Source: an uncultured Gammaproteobacteria bacterium (GTDB lineage: Bacteria > Patescibacteriota > Patescibacteriia > SG8-24 > DYFX01). From it: a stretch of 64,000 bases of DNA. Made by a program: the position numbers and the translations under genes. The notes under the pieces are model-generated. The model made no database searches. It was not told the DNA's origin and saw only the letters and a program-made list of their open reading frames with translations. The stretch's first letter is position 1, and every line of letters starts with the position of its first letter. This document shows positions 38,365 to 50,925 of the stretch, piece by piece. The stretch covers positions 116,606-180,605 of the forward strand of contig CAYNUS010000001.1 in NCBI GenBank assembly GCA_964400625.1. Reading direction: 5' to 3'.

Positions 38365-38392
38365 CGCTGAAGCGGGGTTTTGCTTATCTTGA
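38365..38392 (+). terminator. Terminator after rpmE
   Basis: AACCCCGC-tgaa-GCGGGGTTTT. Confidence 0.65.
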
Positions 38393-38409
38393 GCTATACT
38401 GAAACCCGC

Positions 38410-39498
<1,089 letters not shown>

Positions 39499-39500
39499 CG

Positions 39501-39596
39501 GGTACGGGAGCGCGTCCGCTCGCTGGCGCCGGGAAGAGGAATTTCGCTGTCGGAACGGACGCTGCGCTCGCGGACGCGCTCCCGTACCCTTTTGAG
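39501..39596 (+). promoter_or_regulatory. Perfect 19-bp inverted repeat with 50-nt loop and trailing CTTTT; terminator/attenuator-like element
   Basis: GGTACGGGAGCGCGTCCGC at 39501-39519 pairs with GCGGACGCGCTCCCGTACC at 39570-39588. A second CGGACGC copy at 39555-39561 offers alternative pairing. Confidence 0.5.
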
Positions 39597-39613
39597 AAAT
39601 AAGAAAGAAGACG

Positions 39614-40288
39614 ATGAAGGCTGTCATCTTCGCGGCGGGCCTCGGCACCAGGCTCCGGCCGCTGACCGACAACCTGCCGAAGCCGATGATCGAGGTGGGC
39701 GGCAAGCCGATCCTCCAGCGCACGCTGGAGGCGCTTCCGGCGTCCGTCGCCGAGACGATCGTCGTGGTCGGTTATAAAGGAGACGCCATCCGCGCCCATC
39801 TCGCGGGCGTCCCCGCCGTCCGCTTCGTCGAGCAATCCGAACTCCTGGGCACGTACGACGCGCTGATGCGCGCGCATCCGCACCTCGACGACGCGCCTTT
39901 CCTCGCCCTGAACGGCGACGACCTGTACGCGAAGGAGGATCTCGAACGCCTCGCCGCCTCGGACCCCTTCACCATGCTCGCGCATCGCGTGCCGAACCCG
40001 AGCCCGTACAGCCATCTCGCGTCCCGGAACGGGCTTCTCGACCGCATCGTCTTCCAGAAGGACGCCGAAGCGCTCCCGGCCAAGGACGTCTACGTCGGCG
40101 CCTGCCTGCTCGACCAGAGATTCTTCGCGCTCGAACCCGGGATGACGCCCGGCGGCGAGTTCGGACTGCCGCACACGCTCGAGAAGCACCTGAACAAGAT
40201 TCCTGTGCGCATCCTCGCCTCCACGTCCTGGATGCCGATCGGCACGCCGGAGGAGTTGGAGGCGGCCCGCGCGCGCTTCGTCTCCTGA
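39614..40288 (+). CDS. Sugar-phosphate nucleotidyltransferase (NTP_transferase family)
   Basis: MKAVIFAAGLGTRLRPLTDNLPKPM... Confidence 0.75.
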   Translation: MKAVIFAAGLGTRLRPLTDNLPKPMIEVGGKPILQRTLEALPASVAETIVVVGYKGDAIRAHLAGVPAVRFVEQSELLGTYDALMRAHPHLDDAPFLALNGDDLYAKEDLERLAASDPFTMLAHRVPNPSPYSHLASRNGLLDRIVFQKDAEALPAKDVYVGACLLDQRFFALEPGMTPGGEFGLPHTLEKHLNKIPVRILASTSWMPIGTPEELEAARARFVS

Positions 40289-40297
40289 GGCCCGCCC

Positions 40298-40326
40298 TTG
40301 ACGGAGGGCCGGACCTCGTGTATGGT
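40298..40326 (+). promoter_or_regulatory. Promoter TTGACG-17-TATGGT driving a ~225-nt non-coding unit upstream of prmC
   Basis: -35 at 40298-40303 and -10 at 40321-40326. Confidence 0.45.
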
Positions 40327-40528
40327 CCTGCCTACGAACCTTCGTTTCGGTCCGGGACCGGCGGCGCCGGACCTGCGCGTGATGGATGCCAACCCCTCCC
40401 CCCATCGGCATCTTCCGCGCGGAGTTCGCCCGCCGGCTCCTGGACCCCTTTCATGGAGGCGAGGGTCCTTTACCCGCCACGTCGGCTCCTGCGACGTCGT
40501 TGGGCTCCGCCTCCAACCTTTCCCCCAA

Positions 40529-40556
40529 GCTCCGCCCTCGCGGAGCTTCTTTTTTT
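40529..40556 (+). terminator. Intrinsic terminator/attenuator ending 18 nt before the prmC ATG
   Basis: GCTCCGC-cctc-GCGGAGC followed by TTCTTTTTTT. Confidence 0.6.
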
Positions 40557-40574
40557 CCCGTAGGCTGTCCGCAT

Positions 40575-41438
40575 ATGACCGTCCGCGAACTGGCCGCCTC
40601 GGCGGCCGACCGCCTGAAGCGCGCACGCATCCCCGAACCCCGCCGCGAAGCGGAGTCGCTCTTGGCGCACGCGCTCGGCAGGGACGGCGCCTGGATCGTC
40701 GGCCATGCCGATGACGCCGTGCCGTCCGCCGAGGCCAAGGCCTATGCCGCGATGATCGCCCGCCGCGCGACGCACGAGCCGTTCGCCTACGTCGTCGGCG
40801 AGCGCTGGTTCTACGGACGGAAGTTCCGCGTGACGAAGGATGTCCTCATCCCGCGGCCCGAGACGGAACTGCTCATCGAAGCCGTCCTCGCCGCCGCGCC
40901 GAACGGCTCGTCGGAGATCCTCGACATCGGCACGGGCTCCGGCGCGATCGGCCTCACCCTCGCCGCGGAGCTCCCCAAGGCGAAGGCCGTCCTCTATGAC
41001 ATCTCGAAGCGGGCGCTCGACGTCGCCCGCCTGAACGCCCGCGCGCTGAAGCTCGGGCGGCGCGTCCGCCTCGGCCGGCACGACATCCTGAAGATGACGC
41101 TCCCCGAACCGAAGGGCGGCTTCCGCATCCTCGCCGCCAACCTGCCCTACCTGCCGCTCGCGTCGTGGGCCAAGGCCGCCCCCGAGGTGCGCCTGCGCGA
41201 ACCGAAGCTCGCGCTGGTCTCCGGCAAGGACGGGCTCGACCACTACCGCGCGCTGTACAAGAGCCTTGCGCGGTGGAAGCGCGGACCCGAGCTCCTCGCC
41301 CTCGAAGCCGATCCCGGACAGTTCGCGGAGCTCCGGCGCATGACGGCCGCGCTCCTGCCGGGCGCCGGGATCGAAGTCCGCAAGGACCTCCACGGCGACG
41401 AGCGCATCCTCGTCGCGTCCAAACGAAAACGCCCCTGA
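40575..41438 (+). CDS. prmC: Release factor glutamine N5-methyltransferase PrmC/HemK
   Basis: N-terminal HemK domain (EAESLLAHALGRD), SAM motif LDIGTGSGAIG and NLPY (NPPY variant). Track ORF 40386 has a P/S/G-rich non-protein-like extension. Confidence 0.85.
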   Translation: MTVRELAASAADRLKRARIPEPRREAESLLAHALGRDGAWIVGHADDAVPSAEAKAYAAMIARRATHEPFAYVVGERWFYGRKFRVTKDVLIPRPETELLIEAVLAAAPNGSSEILDIGTGSGAIGLTLAAELPKAKAVLYDISKRALDVARLNARALKLGRRVRLGRHDILKMTLPEPKGGFRILAANLPYLPLASWAKAAPEVRLREPKLALVSGKDGLDHYRALYKSLARWKRGPELLALEADPGQFAELRRMTAALLPGAGIEVRKDLHGDERILVASKRKRP

Positions 41439-41464
41439 CAGGGGCGTTCGTCGTTCCGGGAATC
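41439..41464. terminator. Bidirectional terminator between prmC and rplY
   Basis: ACGCCCCT-gac-AGGGGCGT. Confidence 0.55.
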
Positions 41465-42151
41465 TTATTCCTTGGCGGCGGCTTCGGCGGCGGCCTTCTC
41501 GGCTTCCGCGGCGGCCTTCACTTCGGCTTCGGTCTTCACGGCCGTGACGTCGATCGGCGCGGCGTTCTCCATCGCCTTCAGCTGGTCTTCGGTCATCGGG
41601 GCTTCGATCTTCACGATCACCTCGTCGGCGTTCTCGAGGATCTCGATGCCGGCGGGGACCGCGAGGTCCTTGACCGTGATCATGTCGTCGAACGACTTCA
41701 GGACGGAGACGTCCACGTCGATCGAGTGGACCAGGTCGGTCGGGAGACATTCGACCAGGACGCTGTCGAGGGTCTTCACGATGGAACCGCCCTGCTCCTT
41801 CACCGCCGGCGATTCGCCGATGAAGTTGAGCGCGATCTCCGTCTTGAGCTTCTCCTTCAGGTTGACCTGGTAGAAGTCGACGTGGGTGTAGCGGTTCGAC
41901 AGCGGGTCGACCTGCCAGTCCTTCACGAGCGCCTTCACCGTGCCGTCGCCCTCGATCTCGAGGTCGAGGAGGGTCGACTCGCCCGCGGCCCTGAAGGCCT
42001 TGTGGAACGAGTTGTAGTCGGCCATCACGTTCTTGTTCTCCGTGCCGTGTCCGTAGATCACGCCGGGGACCAGGCTCTGCAGCCTGAGCTTCTTGGCCTT
42101 CACCGAAGCGTCGCGCTTCTTCAGGGCCAGTTTGATCGCTTCCATCGCCAT
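41465..42151 (-). CDS. rplY: 50S ribosomal protein L25/general stress protein Ctc
   Basis: L25 N-domain plus C-terminal extension with Ala/Glu/Lys tail. Confidence 0.85.
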   Translation of the reverse strand: MAMEAIKLALKKRDASVKAKKLRLQSLVPGVIYGHGTENKNVMADYNSFHKAFRAAGESTLLDLEIEGDGTVKALVKDWQVDPLSNRYTHVDFYQVNLKEKLKTEIALNFIGESPAVKEQGGSIVKTLDSVLVECLPTDLVHSIDVDVSVLKSFDDMITVKDLAVPAGIEILENADEVIVKIEAPMTEDQLKAMENAAPIDVTAVKTEAEVKAAAEAEKAAAEAAAKE

Positions 42152-42239
42152 AGGGCTACTCTGCGATTAATCGTTATGGGCGGATGATACGAAAGAAGGC
42201 CTCCCCTGTCAAGGGGAAGCCTTCCTGGCCGGACGGACG

Positions 42240-42602
42240 TTAGATGTACTCGAGCACCGCGTCGATGAAGTCCTTCTCGCCGTCGTCGGTCAGCAGCTGG
42301 TGGACGCTGATGACGTCGTCGGTGGTGACGGGGGCTTCGTGCTTGCTGAACTTGCGTACGTCGTCGTACGTCAGGTCGGTGATGAGGCCGACCGAGGAGA
42401 CGCCGGCGTTGGAGACCAACACGAGCGCGAGGATGGAGTTCCAGCACTTCTTGCACCGGATGTGCAGGAGGTGGCCGTCCTCTTTCTCTCCCAAGACCCG
42501 GGCTTCCATCGGATTGTAGTTCGTTTCGCACATGGGGCAAAACGAGATCATCCGGAGGCCGTCCTGATAATAGCTCGGCGTAGATTGTGAAAGCGGAGCC
42601 AT
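42240..42602 (-). CDS. Hypothetical zinc-ribbon protein (CxxC...CxxC)
   Basis: CPMCETN...CKKCWN. TCGACA-17-TATAGT promoter (rc of 42643-42671). The track GTG 42638 would lie upstream of the predicted TSS. Confidence 0.5.
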   Translation of the reverse strand: MAPLSQSTPSYYQDGLRMISFCPMCETNYNPMEARVLGEKEDGHLLHIRCKKCWNSILALVLVSNAGVSSVGLITDLTYDDVRKFSKHEAPVTTDDVISVHQLLTDDGEKDFIDAVLEYI

Positions 42603-42744
42603 ACGCAGTCTTGTGACGAACGTTTGTTTTACGACCACACTATACCATTTTTGTCGACCCTTGTCGAGGGGATAAGTGGCGAGCCAGCCTTAAAACGACG
42701 CGACCATGCTGGCGCAGCCATCCCGGCGAACGCCGGGATCCATG

Positions 42745-42786
42745 CCCGGAAAAACAAAAAAGACGTCCGTGATGGACGTCGTGGGG
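42745..42786 (-). terminator. Terminator of the P-loop kinase gene
   Basis: GACGTCC-atcac-GGACGTC followed by TTTTTTGTTTTT on the minus strand. Confidence 0.65.
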
Positions 42787-43376
42787 TCAGCCGTGCGCGA
42801 CGGGACCGAAGTCGATGAGCGTGGCGACGAGCGCCTCGACCTGCGCGATGAGCCGCTCGTAGCTGCCGTCGTTGTCGATGACGATCCGGCAGCGCGCGCG
42901 GACGAGGTCGAGCTGGCGCTCGCTCTCGGCCATCTCCTGGGCGTCGAAGTCCTCGCGAGACATCATCTGCTCGCCGGCCTTCTCCTTGCGCTCCTTGAGG
43001 CGCGCGTAGCGGACGTCGGCCGAAGCCTCGATCCAGACCATGATGAAGCGGTCGCCGTAGGCGGACTCGAGCAGGTCGCTGTCGTCGAGCCGGCGGACGC
43101 CGTCGATGGTGACGTGCGCCGAAGCGGCGAGCTCGCACTTCCGGGCCATGACGCGAGCCAGGCAATCCTGGCCGAAGCGCTCCCGAAGGACGGTCGAAAG
43201 CTCCTGGAGCGTGGGGCGCGCGACGTTCTCGCGCGGGACGCCGCACGCCTGGTGGATCTCGTACAGCACGTCGGAATACGTGTGCTTCGGGGCGGTGAGC
43301 AGCCCTGCCGCATGCGTGGTCGCGGTCCCCTTCCCGGAGCCGTTCCGGCCTGCGAAGGCGATGATGCTCTTGCTCA
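42787..43376 (-). CDS. P-loop NTPase, nucleoside-monophosphate-kinase-like (paralog of 53648..54256)
   Basis: Walker A GRNGSGKGT; GAGGAGGAC RBS; start trimmed to MSKSIIAF at ATG 43376. Confidence 0.65.
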
Positions 43377-43558
43377 TGGGTGTCCTCCTCGTCGGTGGAT
43401 CGTCTCGGAATCCGTAGGGCCAGTCGGCGCCGTCCGCCATCGATCGCTCCTGGTGTTCAAGGTGCTGCCCGGAACCTATCAGAAGAAGCGGCGCCCGTCA
43501 ACCTTCGCGACGCGCGCCGTTCATCGATGACGATGCTGAACATCTTTCTTGTTCACCC

Positions 43559-44656
43559 TCACGAACGCCGTACGGCGATGTTCTGCATGAGCGCGATGAG
43601 CGAGAAATGCATGATGAGCGAGCTGCCGCCGTAGCTCACGAACGGCAGCGCGAGGCCCGTGACCGGCAGGATGCCGGAGGCGACGCCGATGTTCACGAAG
43701 ATCTCGGCGGCGAAGAGCACCGACGTGCCGATCACGAGGAAGAGCGTGAAGTCGTCGCGGCAGGAGCGCGCCAGGACGTAGAGCCGCTGGAAGACCATGG
43801 CGAAGAGTCCGAGCAGGATGGCGACGCCGACGAAGCCGAGCTCCTCGGCGATGACCGAGAAGATGAAGTCCGTACGCGCTTCCGGCAGGAAGCGGAGCTG
43901 GCTCTGGGAACCGGAGGCGATGCCGCGGCCGGTCCACTGCCCCGCGCCGATGGCGATGACCGACTGCGTGACGTTGTAGCCCTGGCCGAACGGGTCGCTC
44001 GTCGGATCCATGAACGTCATGATGCGCTCCTTCTGGTACGGGCGCAGGAGGAACGACCACGCGCCGATGAAGAAGACGGCCGCGACGAGGAACATGGTGA
44101 GGAGGTGCCGCGCGCGGAGTCCGGAGATGAGCACCGTGCCGAACCAGATCGACGCGAGGATGACCGAGCCGCCGAGGTCCGGCTGAAGCACGACGAGCAG
44201 CAGCATGACCGCCACCGTCACGGCGCTCTGGATGACGACGCGGATGTCCTTCGTGTAGCGGCCGTGCGTGGCGAGGAACTTGGCCATGAGGACGATGAGC
44301 ACGACCTTCGCGACTTCGACCGGCTGGAAGCCGACGGGCCCGAGGTAGAGCCAGCCGCGCGTGCCGCGGATCGTCTGGCCGAAGAAGAGCGTCGCGGCCA
44401 GGAGCGTCGTGATGCCCGCGTACATCGGCACCGTGATGAAGGCCAGCCAGCGGTAATGGAAGCTCACGCCGCCGACGAAGACGACGAGGAGCCCCAGCGC
44501 GAAGAAGAAGAGCTGCTTGCGGAAGCTCGCGAAGTCGGTCTCGACGCCGAGGCCGATCGAGTAGAGCGCCAAGAGCCCGAGACCCGTGAGCAGGACGGCG
44601 GCGCCGAGCAGCAGCCAGTCGAATTTGCGGTAGGCGTTCAGCGTGCGTTGCAGCAT
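43559..44656 (-). CDS. SEDS-family peptidoglycan glycosyltransferase (RodA/FtsW)
   Basis: 10-TM profile and conserved C-terminal PFVSYGGSSL block. Confidence 0.9.
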   Translation of the reverse strand: MLQRTLNAYRKFDWLLLGAAVLLTGLGLLALYSIGLGVETDFASFRKQLFFFALGLLVVFVGGVSFHYRWLAFITVPMYAGITTLLAATLFFGQTIRGTRGWLYLGPVGFQPVEVAKVVLIVLMAKFLATHGRYTKDIRVVIQSAVTVAVMLLLVVLQPDLGGSVILASIWFGTVLISGLRARHLLTMFLVAAVFFIGAWSFLLRPYQKERIMTFMDPTSDPFGQGYNVTQSVIAIGAGQWTGRGIASGSQSQLRFLPEARTDFIFSVIAEELGFVGVAILLGLFAMVFQRLYVLARSCRDDFTLFLVIGTSVLFAAEIFVNIGVASGILPVTGLALPFVSYGGSSLIMHFSLIALMQNIAVRRS

Positions 44657-44705
44657 GCGCGAAAGTTCCCTACGATACTAGTCGAACGAACCCCTAAAGA
44701 CAACC

Positions 44706-45305
44706 ATGCGCACCACGATCATCATCGCCCTCATCGCCCTGCTCCTCGGAGCGGGCTCGGCCTCCTGGCTCATGACCCGCGGCAAGGGCGGCGGCACGGT
44801 CATCGACGCCGGCCGCGACGCCGTCGTCCAGGAGATGCGGAGCCTCGGCCGGCTCGAGACGTCGTCCTTCAGCATCGAGAAGATCATCGAGGCGCGGAAG
44901 GACGAGGGCGGACCCTGGCGCGACATCCTCTTCGGGGACAAGCTGCTCCTCATCGCGAACGGCGAGGTGGTCGCCGGCTACGACCTGAGCGGCCTCACGG
45001 AGGACGACATCGAGAAGGCCGGCGACGGGCTCCGCGTGAAGCTCCCCGCCCCTGAGATCTTCTCGGTCCGCCTCGACAACGAGAAGACGCGCGTCTACGA
45101 CCGCGACCAGGGCCTGCTCGCGCGCGGCGACAAGGACCTGGAATCGGAGGCGCGCCTCGCGGCCGAACAGTCCATCCGCGACGCCGCCTGCGCCGCCGGC
45201 ATCCTGCGCGAGGCGGAGGAGAACGCGGTGAAGCAGCTCGGCGCCGTGCTCGGCGCGCTCGGCTTCCCGGACAGCGTCATCCAAAGCCCGCCCGGATCGT
45301 GCTGA
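44706..45305 (+). CDS. Hypothetical membrane-anchored protein (possibly DUF4230-like)
   Basis: N-terminal TM then soluble domain; family assignment from memory only. Confidence 0.45.
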   Translation: MRTTIIIALIALLLGAGSASWLMTRGKGGGTVIDAGRDAVVQEMRSLGRLETSSFSIEKIIEARKDEGGPWRDILFGDKLLLIANGEVVAGYDLSGLTEDDIEKAGDGLRVKLPAPEIFSVRLDNEKTRVYDRDQGLLARGDKDLESEARLAAEQSIRDAACAAGILREAEENAVKQLGAVLGALGFPDSVIQSPPGSC

Positions 45306-45309
45306 ACGA

Positions 45310-45340
45310 AAAAAGAGGTCCCGATCAGGTCGGGACCTTT
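45310..45340. terminator. Bidirectional terminator
   Basis: AGGTCCCGA-tcagg-TCGGGACCT flanked by A6 and T5. Confidence 0.65.
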
Positions 45341-46107
45341 TTATGTTGCGGCTTGCGGAGCATCGCCATCCTGCGATGCTCGCTCATGTCCACCCAGTCC
45401 TTCTCGAGAAGCCCGGCGTCGACCATGAGGCGCATGATCTTGAGATACGCGTCCCAGTCGAGACGCGTCTCGAGATAGAGGTGGTGATGACCGGGCGTGC
45501 CGGACGGCACGAGGTTGGCCGGTACGGACAGGCAGACGGACGCGTCCGTCAGCAGGCCGCTGTCGGACGAGGCGCGATAGCCCTCGATGCCCTCGACGTC
45601 CGGACGCCGTTCATGCCGCCGCGCTTCCCGTCCGGCGAACCCGTGCGGGATGAGCTTCTCCTCCTCCATGCCATGCAGCAGCCGAAGCCACGCCGCGCGC
45701 GGCACGGTCTTCCTGAAACCTAGCCGCCGGGTGACCGGCCGCCAGGCGACCTCGAAGTCGAGATCGAAGAGCGGCGCATGCCATCGTCCGGCCGGACGGT
45801 TGGAAGGGTCGTCGGACGGCGTCCACTCCCCTTCGCACAGCGAGGCGACGAACGGGCCGTCCCGATCCAGGCCGAAACCCGTGCCCCCGCCTTCCGCCTG
45901 GTACTTCGAGAGCGGCATCATCCGCGCCGAGCGGCATTCGTCGCAGCTGGGTTCGAGACGGCGGCGGGCGCGCGCGCAGACGTAGCAGATGACCTTCCAT
46001 GACGTGCGCAGGCCGCCGTCCGTTCCGCTCCGTCGGACCGAACGCCGGGCGAGCGCCGCGGCGCCTGCGATGGCCGCGAGCATGACGAGGGGGAACAAGG
46101 GATCCAT
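45325..46107 (-). CDS. Hypothetical protein with N-terminal TM and CxxC...CxxC segment
   Basis: Start trimmed to MDPLFPLV (AAGGAG RBS). The track ORF 46293 extension overlaps the upstream gene. Confidence 0.5.
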   Translation of the reverse strand: MDPLFPLVMLAAIAGAAALARRSVRRSGTDGGLRTSWKVICYVCARARRRLEPSCDECRSARMMPLSKYQAEGGGTGFGLDRDGPFVASLCEGEWTPSDDPSNRPAGRWHAPLFDLDFEVAWRPVTRRLGFRKTVPRAAWLRLLHGMEEEKLIPHGFAGREARRHERRPDVEGIEGYRASSDSGLLTDASVCLSVPANLVPSGTPGHHHLYLETRLDWDAYLKIMRLMVDAGLLEKDWVDMSEHRRMAMLRKPQHKKVPT

Positions 46108-46130
46108 CGCGTCTCCTTGGAAAAAGAAAG

Positions 46131-46153
46131 GGCCGTACGCGGAACGTACGGCC
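46131..46153 (-). terminator. Internal terminator between two co-directional hypothetical genes
   Basis: GGCCGTACG-ttccg-CGTACGGCC followed by CTTTCTTTTTCC on the minus strand. Confidence 0.5.
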
Positions 46154-46168
46154 TTCTTCGCGTCCCTG

Positions 46169-49160
<2,992 letters not shown>

Positions 49161-49168
49161 GCGCGAAA

Positions 49169-49219
49169 GCCCCTCCCCGACGAGGGGCTTTTGACATCCT
49201 GCCGCAGGCGTGCTATAAA
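49169..49219 (+). promoter_or_regulatory. gyrB terminator (AGCCCCT-ccccgacg-AGGGGCT-TTTT) overlapping the secE promoter TTGACA-17-TATAAA
   Basis: -35 at 49191-49196 and -10 at 49214-49219. Confidence 0.6.
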
Positions 49220-49267
49220 GGGAGCGAACAGGACCCCACCCGGGTCCTTTTAAAAAACTTCGCGCGT

Positions 49268-49465
49268 ATGAACCTCAAGGAAAACAAGCTCGTCAAGTAC
49301 TTTTATGAGGCTAAGGAGGAGCTCGAGAAGGTGACCTGGCCGACCCGCAAGGAGACGATCATGTCGACCCTCATCGTCATCGCCGTGTCCGTGGGCACCG
49401 CGGTCTTCCTCGGCGCGCTCGACTTCGGCCTGAACAAGGGCCTCTCGGCGCTGATCGCCGGCTAA
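49268..49465 (+). CDS. secE: Preprotein translocase subunit SecE
   Basis: Short single-TM SecE (ELEKVTWPTRKETI). Confidence 0.85.
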   Translation: MNLKENKLVKYFYEAKEELEKVTWPTRKETIMSTLIVIAVSVGTAVFLGALDFGLNKGLSALIAG

Positions 49466-49469
49466 GGCT

Positions 49470-50015
49470 ATGCCGAAGCAGACACTCCAACAGGGGCGCC
49501 GCTGGTACGCCATCCATACCTACTCCGGCTACGAGGAGAACGTCTCCGACAACCTGAAGCAGCGCATCGAGTCGCTCGACATGCAGGACAAGATCTTCGG
49601 GGTGATGATCCCGAAGGAGAAGAAGATCAAGATCAAGAACGGCAAGCGCCGCACCGTCGAGGAGAAGATCTTCCCGGGCTACGTGCTGGTCGAGATGATC
49701 GTGACCGACGACTCCTGGTACGTCGTGCGCAACACGCCGAACGTCACGGGCTTCATCGGCACCGGCACCACGCCGACCCCGCTTTCCGAAGAGGAAGTGA
49801 AGTCGCTCCAGAAGCGCATGGGCGTGGACGAGCCGGAGTACAAGATCGACGTCGAGGTCGGGGCGCCCGTCTCGATCGCCGACGGCCCGTTCAAGGGCTT
49901 CGAAGGCAAGGTCGCCGACATCGACGAGGCCCGCGGCAAGATCAAGGTCCTCATCAACATGTTCGGCCGCGAGACCTCCATCGAGCTCGACTTCCTCCAG
50001 GTGAAAAAGATCTGA
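49470..50015 (+). CDS. nusG: Transcription termination/antitermination factor NusG
   Basis: NGN domain (WYAIHTYSGYEENV) and KOW (GPFKGFEGKV). Confidence 0.92.
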   Translation: MPKQTLQQGRRWYAIHTYSGYEENVSDNLKQRIESLDMQDKIFGVMIPKEKKIKIKNGKRRTVEEKIFPGYVLVEMIVTDDSWYVVRNTPNVTGFIGTGTTPTPLSEEEVKSLQKRMGVDEPEYKIDVEVGAPVSIADGPFKGFEGKVADIDEARGKIKVLINMFGRETSIELDFLQVKKI

Positions 50016-50078
50016 ACGCGGGAACAACGCCGTTGTTCATCGAAAAAACGCCTCGGCAGATGCCGGGGCGTTCGCGTT

Positions 50079-50285
50079 TCAGGCGAGCGGGAGGTCGGGC
50101 GCGATCTCCGCGCGCTGCCATTCGATCATGGCCCAGATGCCGAAGGGCCAGAGCGGCAGGAAGGCGAGCATGAGGAGGCCGGCGACGGCGAAGGCCGCCA
50201 GGGCTTGGAGCGTTTCGAGCACGTGCGACTCCTTTCGGGAGCAAGGTCCCGCCTCGACGGTAGGCCGGGCCTCCCCTCTTGTCAA
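50079..50285 (-). CDS. Possible small membrane protein (low confidence)
   Basis: Hydrophobic segment LQALAAFAVAGLLMLAFLPLWPFGIWAMI; convergent with nusG and shares its terminator. Confidence 0.25.
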   Translation of the reverse strand: MTRGEARPTVEAGPCSRKESHVLETLQALAAFAVAGLLMLAFLPLWPFGIWAMIEWQRAEIAPDLPLA

Positions 50286-50306
50286 TCCGCGGAAGTCCTG
50301 CTATAT
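50278..50306 (+). promoter_or_regulatory. Promoter TTGTCA-17-TATATT for rplK
   Basis: Visible upstream of the ~75-nt rplK leader. Confidence 0.45.
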
Positions 50307-50381
50307 TCCCGTCGTTGCGCGGTGCGGCGTTAAGCCGGCTTCTCTCCAAAGCAACACGACAGATTCACCGCAAAAAATCCT

Positions 50382-50807
50382 ATGGCCAAGAAAGTCAAAG
50401 CGATCGTGAAGGTCCAGGCCCCCGCCGGCAAGGCGACTCCCGCCCCGCCGATCGGTCCGACCCTCGGTCAGCACGGCGTGAACATCGCGGACTTCGTCCA
50501 GAAGTTCAACGCCGCCACCGCCAAGATGGCCGGCGACATCATCCCCGCCGTCCTGACGATCTACGAGGACCGCACGTTCGACTTCGTCCTCAAGACGCCG
50601 CCGGCGTCCACCCTCCTCATGAAGGCCGCCGGCCTCGAGAAGGGCTCCGGCAAGCCGCTCCAGGAGAAGGTCGGCAAGGTCACGAAGGCCCAGATCCGCG
50701 AGATCGCGGAGAAGAAGCTCCCGGACCTGAACACCACCTCCATCGAGAGCGCCATGCGCACCATCGAGGGCACCGCCCGCCAGATGGGACTCGAGGTGAA
50801 GCCGTAA
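50382..50807 (+). CDS. rplK: 50S ribosomal protein L11
   Basis: [35 protein letters not shown]... Confidence 0.95.
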   Translation: MAKKVKAIVKVQAPAGKATPAPPIGPTLGQHGVNIADFVQKFNAATAKMAGDIIPAVLTIYEDRTFDFVLKTPPASTLLMKAAGLEKGSGKPLQEKVGKVTKAQIREIAEKKLPDLNTTSIESAMRTIEGTARQMGLEVKP

Positions 50808-50811
50808 CGGA

Positions 50812-50840
50812 GAAAAAGACCCGCGAGGGTCTTTTTTCGT
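50812..50840 (+). terminator. Terminator directly after rplK
   Basis: GACCC-gcga-GGGTC followed by T6. Confidence 0.6.
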
Positions 50841-50852
50841 CGTGGACGAAAA

Positions 50853-50868
50853 TGCGTCAGCTGACGCA
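50853..50868. promoter_or_regulatory. Perfect 16-bp palindrome TGCGTCAGCTGACGCA (candidate dimeric regulator site)
   Basis: Its own reverse complement; located 58 nt upstream of the 50926 gene. Confidence 0.4.
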
Positions 50869-50925
50869 AATCGGTCCATGGCATTTTTTTGACTTTCAGC
50901 CCCGCATTTGGCACGCTTGCGGTAT

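Noticed and set aside
40330-40560. Known structured RNAs (RNase P, tmRNA, SRP, 6S) in the larger intergenic regions (also 59351-59520, 43377-43558)
   Set aside because: None of the conserved motifs recalled from memory are present (RNase P GGAAAGUCCGG core, tmRNA T-arm plus CCA, SRP domain IV). This cannot be excluded without a covariance-model search.
40318-40714. ORFs 40318..40563 and 40298..40714, and the prmC extension from 40386
   Set aside because: P/S/G/R-rich and not protein-like. The region contains a promoter and an intrinsic terminator, so it is interpreted as non-coding leader or sRNA. Only the 36-codon sub-ORF is mentioned, as speculative.
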